Shown piece after piece: positions 1-10,126 of a DNA stretch of 50,966 nt; positions within the stretch are counted from its first letter, which is position 1, and each line of letters opens with the position of its first letter. A program made the translations under genes and the position numbers. This DNA is from Raillietiella orientalis (lineage: Eukaryota): the NCBI GenBank assembly GCA_036172245.1, contig JAYWIR010000165.1, forward strand, positions 1-50,966. The letters are read 5' to 3'. The notes below the pieces were generated by a model. It was not told the DNA's origin. It did no database searches and was given only the letters and a program-made list of their open reading frames with translations.

Positions 1-154
1 TTAGAATACAGAAGATTTCACCATTGCACTTTTGCGCGTCTTCAAGAAGCATCCATTTGCAGTTTGTGGCAAATCCCTTTCATGGAGAGCCGAAAGCCCT
101 TCCAATTTCTGCTTTCAGAGGATGATTAAGAAGAGTTCCAAATTTCATTAGGGC

Positions 155-3100
155 GTGGCACTTTGGACTCTGTCTTGTTTTCATGGTAACCAGTGTCGGA
201 CTTACAAGGGGAATATTCTCCTTCGCTCTCATTCATTATGTGGTCCAACTTTGCACCTTTTGCGGATATGTAAGAAATTAGAAAACAGAAGATTTCACCA
301 TTGCACTTTTGCGCCTCTTCACGAAGCATCCTTTTGCAGTGAGTGGCAAATCACTTTCATGGAGAGCCGAAAGCCCTTGCAATTTCTGCTTGAAGAGGAT
401 GATTAAGAAGAGTTCCAAATTTCATTAGGGCGTGGCACTTTGGACTCTGTCTTGTTTTCATGGTAACCAGTGTCGGACTCAAAAGGTTAATATTCTCCTT
501 CGCTCTCATTCATTATGTGGTCCAACTTCGCAGCTTTTCGGGTTTTGTAAACAATTAGAAAGCAGAAGATTTCACCATTGCACTTTTGCGCCTCTTGAAG
601 AAGCATCCATTTCCAGTGAGTGGGAAATCCCTTACCTTGAAAGCCGAAAGCCCTTCCAATTTCTGCTTTCAGAGGACCCTTAAGAAGAGTTCGAAATTTC
701 ATTATGGAGTGGCACTTTCGACTCTGTCTTGTTTTCATGGTAACCAGTGTCGGACTTACAAAGGGAATATTCTCCTTCGCTCTCATTCATTATGTGGTCC
801 AGCTTTGCAGCTTTTGCGGATATGTAAGAAATTAGAAAACAGAAGATTTCACCATTGCACTTTTGCGCCTCTTCGCGAAGCATCCTTTTGCAGTGAGTGG
901 CAATCCTTTTCATGGAGAGCCGAAAGCCTTTCCAATTTCTGCTTTCAGCGGATGATTAAGAAGAGTTCGAAATTTCATTAGGGAGTGGCAGTTTGGACTC
1001 TGTCTTGTTTTCATGTTAATCAATGTCGGACTTACAAAGGGAATATTCTCCTTCGCTCTCATTCATTATGCGGTCCAGCTTTGCAGCTTTTGGGGATATG
1101 AAAGAAATTAGAATACAGAAGATTTCACCATTGCACTTTTGAGCCTCTTCAAGAAGTCTCCTTTTGCAGTGAGTAGCAAATTCCCGTCATGGAGTGCCGC
1201 AAGCCCTTCCAATTTTCTTCTTCCAGAGGATGATTAAGAAGAGTTCGAAATTTCATTTGGGCGTGGCACTTTGGACTCTGTCTTGTTTCCATGGTAACCA
1301 GTGTCGGACTTTCAAGAGGAATATTCTCCTTCGCTCTCATTCATATGTGGTCCAAATTTGCAGCTTTTGCGGATATGTAAGAAATTAGAAAACAAAAGAT
1401 TTCACGATTGCACTTTTGCGCCTCTTCACGAAGCATCCTTTTGCAATGAGTGGCAAATCCCTATCATGGAGAGCCGCAAGCGCTTACAATCTCTGCTTTC
1501 AGAGGATGATTAAGAAGAGTTCGAAATTTCATTAGGGAGTGGCACTTTGGAGTCTGTCTTGTTTTCATGGTAACCAGTGTCGGACTCAAAAGGTTAATAT
1601 TCTCCTTCGCTCTCATTCATTATGTGGTCCAACTTCGCAGCTTTTCGGGTTTTGTAAACAATTAGAAAGCAGAAGATTTCACCATTGCACTTTTGCGCCT
1701 CTTGAAGAAGCATCCATTTCCAGTGAGTGGGAAATCCCTTACCTTGAAAGCCGAAAGCCCTTCCAATTTCTGCTTTCAGAGGACCCTTAAGAAGAGTTCG
1801 AAATTTCATTATGGAGTGGCACTTTCGACTCTGTCTTGTTTTCATGGTAACCAGTGTCGGACTTACAAGGGGAATATTCTCCTTCGCTCTCATTCATTTT
1901 GTGGTCCAACTTTGCAGCTTTTGCGGATATGTAAGAAATTAGAAAACAAAAGATTTCACCATTGCACTTTTGCGACTCTTCAAGAAGCATCCTTTTGCAG
2001 TGAGTGGCAAATTCTCGTCATGGAGTGCCGCAAAACCTTCCAATTTTCTGCTTTCAGAGGATGATTAAGAAGAGTTCGAAATTTCATTTGGGCGTGGCAC
2101 TTTGGACTCTGTCTTGTTTTCATGGTAACCAGTGTCGGACTCAAAAGGTTAATATTCTCCTTCGCTCTCATTCATTATGTGGTCCAACTTTGCAGCTTTT
2201 CGAAATTTGTAAACAATTAGAAAACAGAAGATTTCAACATTGCACTTTTGCGCGTCTTCAAGAAGCATTCATTTGCAGTTTGTGGGAAATCCCTTTCATG
2301 GAGAGCCGAAAGCCCTTCCAATTTCTGCTTTCAGAGGATGATTAAGAAGAGTTCCAAATTTCATTAGGGCGTGGCACTTTGGACTCTGTCTTGTTTTCAT
2401 GGTAACCAGTGTCGGACTTACAAGGGGAATATTCTCCTTCGCTCTCATTCATTATGTGGTTCAACTTTGCACCTTTTGCGGATATGTAAGAAATTAGAAA
2501 ACAGAAGATTTCACCATTGCACTTTTGCGCCTCTTCACGAAGCATCCTTTTGCAGTGAGTGGCAAATCACTTTCATGGAGAGCCGAAAGCCCTTGCAATT
2601 TCTGCTTGAAGAGGATGATTAAGAAGAGTTCCAAATTTCATTAGGGCGTGGCACTTTGGACTCTGTCTTGTTTTCATGGTAACCAGTGTCGGACTCAAAA
2701 GGTTAATATTCTCCTTCGCTCTCATTCATTATGTGGTCCAACTTCGCAGCTTTTCGGGTTTTGTAAACAATTAGAAAGCAGAAGATTTCACCATTGCACT
2801 TTTGCGCCTCTTGAAGAAGCATCCATTTCCAGTGAGTGGGAAATCCCTTACCTTGAAAGCCGAAAGCCCTTCCAATTTCTGCTTTCAGAGGACCCTTAAG
2901 AAGAGTTCGAAATTTCATTATGGAGTGGCACTTTCGACTCTGTCTTGTTTTCATGGTAACCAGTGTCGGACTTACAAAGGGAATATTCTCCTTCGCTCTC
3001 ATTCATTATGTGGTCCAGCTTTGCAGCTTTTGCGGATATGTAAGAAATTAGAAAACAGAAGATTTCACCATTGCACTTTTGCGCCTCTTCGCGAAGCATC

Positions 3101-6100
3101 CTTTTGCAGTGAGTGGCAATCCTTTTCATGGAGAGCCGAAAGCCTTTCCAATTTCTGCTTTCAGCGGATGATTAAGAAGAGTTCGAAATTTCATTAGGGA
3201 GTGGCAGTTTGGACTCTGTCTTGTTTTCATGTTAATCAATGTCGGACTTACAAAGGGAATATTCTCCTTCGCTCTCATTCATTATGCGGTCCAGCTTTGC
3301 AGCTTTTGGGGATATGAAAGAAATTAGAATACAGAAGATTTCACCATTGCACTTTTGAGCCTCTTCAAGAAGTCTCCTTTTGCAGTGAGTAGCAAATTCC
3401 CGTCATGGAGTGCCGCAAGCCCTTCCAATTTTCTTCTTCCAGAGGATGATTAAGAAGAGTTCGAAATTTCATTTGGGCGTGGCACTTTGGACTCTGTCTT
3501 GTTTCCATGGTAACCAGTGTCGGACTTTCAAGAGGAATATTCTCCTTCGCTCTCATTCATATGTGGTCCAAATTTGCAGCTTTTGCGGATATGTAAGAAA
3601 TTAGAAAACAAAAGATTTCACGATTGCACTTTTGCGCCTCTTCACGAAGCATCCTTTTGCAATGAGTGGCAAATCCCTATCATGGAGAGCCGCAAGCGCT
3701 TACAATCTCTGCTTTCAGAGGATGATTAAGAAGAGTTCGAAATTTCATTAGGGAGTGGCACTTTGGAGTCTGTCTTGTTTTCATGGTAACCAGTGTCGGA
3801 CTCAAAAGGTTAATATTCTCCTTCGCTCTCATTCATTATGTGGTCCAACTTCGCAGCTTTTCGGGTTTTGTAAACAATTAGAAAGCAGAAGATTTCACCA
3901 TTGCACTTTTGCGCCTCTTGAAGAAGCATCCATTTCCAGTGAGTGGGAAATCCCTTACCTTGAAAGCCGAAAGCCCTTCCAATTTCTGCTTTCAGAGGAC
4001 CCTTAAGAAGAGTTCGAAATTTCATTATGGAGTGGCACTTTCGACTCTGTCTTGTTTTCATGGTAACCAGTGTCGGACTTACAAGGGGAATATTCTCCTT
4101 CGCTCTCATTCATTTTGTGGTCCAACTTTGCAGCTTTTGCGGATATGTAAGAAATTAGAAAACAAAAGATTTCACCATTGCACTTTTGCGACTCTTCAAG
4201 AAGCATCCTTTTGCAGTGAGTGGCAAATTCTCGTCATGGAGTGCCGCAAAACCTTCCAATTTTCTGCTTTCAGAGGATGATTAAGAAGAGTTCGAAATTT
4301 CATTTGGGCGTGGCACTTTGGACTCTGTCTTGTTTTCATGGTAACCAGTGTCGGACTCAAAAGGTTAATATTCTCCTTCGCTCTCATTCATTATGTGGTC
4401 CAACTTTGCAGCTTTTCGAAATTTGTAAACAATTAGAAAACAGAAGATTTCAACATTGCACTTTTGCGCGTCTTCAAGAAGCATTCATTTGCAGTTTGTG
4501 GGAAATCCCTTTCATGGAGAGCCGAAAGCCCTTCCAATTTCTGCTTTCAGAGGATGATTAAGAAGAGTTCCAAATTTCATTAGGGCGTGGCACTTTGGAC
4601 TCTGTCTTGTTTTCATGGTAACCAGTGTCGGACTTACAAGGGGAATATTCTCCTTCGCTCTCATTCATTATGTGGTTCAACTTTGCACCTTTTGCGGATA
4701 TGTAAGAAATTAGAAAACAGAAGATTTCACCATTGCACTTTTGCGCCTCTTCACGAAGCATCCTTTTGCAGTGAGTGGCAAATCACTTTCATGGAGAGCC
4801 GAAAGCCCTTGCAATTTCTGCTTGAAGAGGATGATTAAGAAGAGTTCCAAATTTCATTAGGGCGTGGCACTTTGGACTCTGTCTTGTTTTCATGGTAACC
4901 AGTGTCGGACTCAAAAGGTTAATATTCTCCTTCGCTCTCATTCATTATGTGGTCCAACTTCGCAGCTTTTCGGGTTTTGTAAACAATTAGAAAGCAGAAG
5001 ATTTCACCATTGCACTTTTGCGCCTCTTGAAGAAGCATCCATTTCCAGTGAGTGGGAAATCCCTTACCTTGAAAGCCGAAAGCCCTTCCAATTTCTGTTT
5101 TCAGAGGACCCTTAAGAAGAGTTCGAAATTTCATTATGGAGTGGCACTTTCGACTCTGTCTTGTTTTCATGGTAACCAGTGTCGGACTTACAAAGGGAAT
5201 ATTCTCCTTCGCTCTCATTCATTATGTGGTCCAGCTTTGCAGCTTTTGCGGATATGTAAGAAATTAGAAAACAGAAGATTTCACCATTGCACTTTTGCGC
5301 CTCTTCGCGAAGCATCCTTTTGCAGTGAGTGGCAATCCTTTTCATGGAGAGCCGAAAGCCTTTCCAATTTCTGCTTTCAGCGGATGATTAAGAAGAGTTC
5401 GAAATTTCATTAGGGAGTGGCAGTTTGGACTCTGTCTTGTTTTCATGTTAATCAATGTCGGACTTACAAAGGGAATATTCTCCTTCGCTCTCATTCATTA
5501 TGCGGTCCAGCTTTGCAGCTTTTGGGGATATGAAAGAAATTAGAATACAGAAGATTTCACCATTGCACTTTTGAGCCTCTTCAAGAAGTCTCCTTTTGCA
5601 GTGAGTAGCAAATTCCCGTCATGGAGTGCCGCAAGCCCTTCCAATTTTCTTCTTCCAGAGGATGATTAAGAAGAGTTCGAAATTTCATTTGGGCGTGGCA
5701 CTTTGGACTCTGTCTTGTTTCCATGGTAACCAGTGTCGGACTTTCAAGAGGAATATTCTCCTTCGCTCTCATTCATATGTGGTCCAAATTTGCAGCTTTT
5801 GCGGATATGTAAGACATTAGAAAACAAAAGATTTCACGATTGCACTTTTGGGCCTCTTCACGAAGCATCCTTTTGCAATGAGTGGCAAATCCCTATCATG
5901 GAGAGCCGCAAGCGCTTACAATCTCTGCTTTCAGAGGATGATTAAGAAGAGTTCGAAATTTCATTAGGGAGTGGCTCTTTGGAGTCTGTCCTGTTTTCAT
6001 GGTAACCAGTGTCGGACTCAAAAGGTTAATATTCTCCTTCGCTCTCATTCATTATGTGGTCCAACTTCGCAGCTTTTCGGGATTTGTAAACAATTACAAA

Positions 6101-9100
6101 ACAGAAGATTTCAACATTGCACTTTTGCGCTACTTCAAGAAGCATTCATTTGCAGTTTGTGGCAAATCCCTTTCATGGAGAGCCGAAAGCCCTTCCAATT
6201 TCTGCTTTCAGAGGATGATTAAGAAGAGTTCCAAATTTCATTAGGGCGTGGCACTTTGGACTCTGTCTTGTTTTCATGTTAATCAATGTCGGACTTACAA
6301 AGGGAATATTTTCCTTCGCTCTCATTCATTATGCGGTCCAGCTTTGCAGCTTTTGGGGATATGAAAGAAATTAGAATACAGAAGATTTCACCATTGCACT
6401 TTTGAGCCTCTTCAAGAAGTCTCCTTTTGCAGTGAGTACCAAATTCCCGTCATGGAGTGCCGCAAGCCCTTCCAATTTTCTTCTTCCAGAGGATGATTAA
6501 GAAGAGTTCGAAATTTCATTTGGGCGTGGCACTTTAAACTCTGTCTTGTTTCCATGGTAACCAGTGTCGGACTTTCAAGAGGAATATTCTCCTTCGCTCT
6601 CATTCATATGTGGTCCAAATTTGCAGCTTTTGCGGATATGTAAGAAATTAGAAAACAGAAGATTTCACCATTGCACTTTTGCGCCTCTTCACGAAGCATC
6701 CTTTTGCAGTGAGTGGCAAATCACTTTCATGGAGAGCCGAAAGCCCTTGCAATTTCTGCTTGAAGAGGATGATTAAGAAGAGTTCCAAATTTCATTAGGG
6801 CGTGGCACTTTGGACTCTGTCTTGTTTTCATGGTAACCAGTGTCGGACTCAAAAGGTTAATATTCTCCTTCGCTCTCATTCATTATGTGGTCCAACTTCG
6901 CAGCTTTTCGGGTTTTGTAAACAATTAGAAAGCAGAAGATTTCACCATTGCACTTTTGCGCCTCTTGAAGAAGCATCCATTTCCAGTGAGTGGGAAATCC
7001 CTTACCTTGAAAGCCGAAAGCCCTTCCAATTTCTGCTTTCAGAGGACCCTTAAGAAGAGTTCGAAATTTCATTATGGAGTGGCACTTTCGACTCTGTCTT
7101 GTTTTCATGGTAACCAGTGTCGGACTTACAAGGGGAATATTCTCCTTCGCTCTCATTCATTTTGTGGTCCAACATTGCAGCTTTTGCGGATATGTAAGAA
7201 ATTAGAAAACAAAAGATTTCACTATTGCACTTTTGCGACTCTTCAAGAAGCATCCTTTTGCAGTGAGTGGCAAATTCTCGTCATGGAGTGCCGCAAAACC
7301 TTCCAATTTTCTGCTTTCAGAGGATGATTAAGAAGAGTTCGAAATTTCATTTGGGCGTGGCACTTTGGACTCTGTCTTGTTTTCATGGTAACCAGTGTCG
7401 GACTCAAAAGGTTAATATTCTCCTTCGCTCTCATTCATTATGTGGTCCAACTTTGCAGCTTTTCGAAATTTGTAAACAATTAGAAAACAGAAGATTTCAA
7501 CATTGCACTTTTGCGCGTCTTCAAGAAGCATTCATTTGCAGTTTGTGGGAAATCCCTTTCATGGAGAGCCGAAAGCCCTTCCAATTTCTGCTTTCAGAGG
7601 ATGATTAAGAAGAGTTCCAAATTTCATTAGGGCGTGGCACTTTGGACTCTGTCTTGTTTTCATGGTAACCAGTGTCGGACTTACAAGGGGAATATTCTCC
7701 TTCGCTCTCATTCATTATGTGGTTCAACTTTGCACCTTTTGCGGATATGTAAGAAATTAGAAAACAGAAGATTTCACCATTGCACTTTTGCGCCTCTTCA
7801 CGAAGCATCCTTTTGCAGTGAGTGGCAAATCACTTTCATGGAGAGCCGAAAGCCCTTGCAATTTCTGCTTGAAGAGGATGATTAAGAAGAGTTCCAAATT
7901 TCATTAGGGCGTGGCACTTTGGACTCTGTCTTGTTTTCATGGTAACCAGTGTCGGACTCAAAAGGTTAATATTCTCCTTCGCTCTCATTCATTATGTGGT
8001 CCAACTTCGCAGCTTTTCGGGTTTTGTAAACAATTAGAAAGCAGAAGATTTCACCATTGCACTTTTGCGCCTCTTGAAGAAGCATCCATTTCCAGTGAGT
8101 GGGAAATCCCTTACCTTGAAAGCCGAAAGCCCTTCCAATTTCTGCTTTCAGAGGACCCTTAAGAAGAGTTCGAAATTTCATTATGGAGTGGCACTTTCGA
8201 CTCTGTCTTGTTTTCATGGTAACCAGTGTCGGACTTACAAAGGGAATATTCTCCTTCGCTCTCATTCATTATGTGGTCCAGCTTTGCAGCTTTTGCGGAT
8301 ATGTAAGAAATTAGAAAACAGAAGATTTCACCATTGCACTTTTGCGCCTCTTCGCGAAGCATCCTTTTGCAGTGAGTGGCAATCCTTTTCATGGAGAGCC
8401 GAAAGCCTTTCCAATTTCTGCTTTCAGCGGATGATTAAGAAGAGTTCGAAATTTCATTAGGGAGTGGCAGTTTGGACTCTGTCTTGTTTTCATGTTAATC
8501 AAAGTCGGACTTACAAAGGGAATATTCTCCTTCGCTCTCATTCATTATGCGGTCCAGCTTTGCAGCTTTTGGGGATATGAAAGAAATTAGAATACAGAAG
8601 ATTTCACCATTGCACTTTTGAGCCTCTTCAAGAAGTCTCCTTTTGCAGTGAGTAGCAAATTCCCGTCATGGAGTGCCGCAAGCCCTTCCAATTTTCTTCT
8701 TCCAGAGGATGATTAAGAAGAGTTCGAAATTTCATTTGGGCGTGGCACTTTGGACTCTGTCTTGTTTCCATGGTAACCAGTGTCGGACTTTCAAGAGGAA
8801 TATTCTCCTTCGCTCTCATTCATATGTGGTCCAAATTTGCAGCTTTTGCGGATATGTAAGAAATTAGAAAACAAAAGATTTCACGATTGCACTTTTGCGC
8901 CTCTTCACGAAGCTTCCTTTTGCAATGAGTGGCAAATCCCTATCATGGAGAGCCGCAAGCGCTTACAATCTCTGCTTTCAGAGGATGATTAAGAAGAGTT
9001 CGAAATTTCATTAGGGAGTGGCACTTTGGAGTCTGTCTTGTTTTCATGGTAACCAGTGTCGGACTCAAAAGGTTAATATTCTCCTTCGCTCTCATTCATT

Positions 9101-10126
9101 ATGTGGTCCAACTTCGCAGCTTTTCGGGTTTTGTAAACAATTAGAAAGCAGAAGATTTCACCATTGCACTTTTGCGCCTCTTGAAGAAGCATCCATTTCC
9201 AGTGAGTGGGAAATCCCTTACCTTGAAAGCCGAAAGCCCTTCCAATTTCTGCTTTCAGAGGACCCTTAAGAAGAGTTCGAAATTTCATTATGGAGTGGCA
9301 CTTTCGACTCTGTCTTGTTTTCATGGTAACCAGTGTCGGACTTACAAGGGGAATATTCTCCTTCGCTCTCATTCATTTTGTGGTCCAACTTTGCAGCTTT
9401 TGCGGATATGTAAGAAATTAGAAAACAAAAGATTTCACCATTGCACTTTTGCGACTCTTCAAGAAGCATCCTTTTGCAGTGAGTGGCAAATTCTCGTCAT
9501 GGAGTGCCGCAAAACCTTCCAATTTTCTGCTTTCAGAGGATGATTAAGAAGAGTTCGAAATTTCATTTGGGCGTGGCACTTTGGACTCTGTCTTGTTTTC
9601 ATGGTAACCAGTGTCGGACTCAAAAGGTTAATATTCTCCTTCGCTCTCATTCATTATGTGGTCCAACTTTGCAGCTTTTCGAAATTTGTAAACAATTAGA
9701 AAACAGAAGATTTCAACATTGCACTTTTGCGCGTCTTCAAGAAGCATTCATTTGCAGTTTGTGGGAAATCCCTTTCATGGAGAGCCGAAAGCCCTTCCAA
9801 TTTCTGCTTTCAGAGGATGATTAAGAAGAGTTCCAAATTTCATTAGGGCGTGGCACTTTGGACTCTGTCTTGTTTTCATGGTAACCAGTGTCGGACTTAC
9901 AAGGGGAATATTCTCCTTCGCTCTCATTCATTATGTGGTTCAACTTTGCACCTTTTGCGGATATGTAAGAAATTAGAAAACAGAAGATTTCACCATTGCA
10001 CTTTTGCGCCTCTTCACGAAGCATCCTTTTGCAGTGAGTGGCAAATCACTTTCATGGAGAGCCGAAAGCCCTTGCAATTTCTGCTTGAAGAGGATGATTA
10101 AGAAGAGTTCCAAATTTCATTAGGGC
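155..10126 (+). repeat. Homogeneous HOR block: 8-mer (2216 bp) at 155, 2371 and 7634, with one 11-mer variant (3047 bp) at 4587-7633
   Basis: Monomer lengths 277+277+276+278+276+277+278+277=2216. Diagnostic variants (GACCCTT, CATGTTAATCAA, TTCAAGAGG, TCACTTTC) and the artefactual ORF sets repeat at +2216 (155/2371/4587; 7634/9850) and +3047 (4587/7634). Confidence 0.95.
177..190. promoter_or_regulatory. RFX/X-box-like imperfect palindrome GTTTTCATGGTAAC (first copy; present in most A and B monomers)
   Basis: Matches the relaxed X-box consensus GTHNYYATRRNAAC on both strands. Protein binding is not shown by the sequence. Confidence 0.3.

Noticed and set aside
148..153. Telomeric TTAGGG in most monomers (CCCTAA in B and A-right)
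   Set aside because: It is a single hexamer per unit, never tandem, and often mutated (TTTGGG, TATGGA). It is not evidence of a telomeric origin.
526..543. CENP-B box in b-type monomers (CTTCGCAGCTTTTCGGG)
   Set aside because: The canonical box is TTCG-N4-A-N2-CGGG with 7 nt between the halves. Here the gap is 8 nt and the central A is missing, so it is a near miss only.
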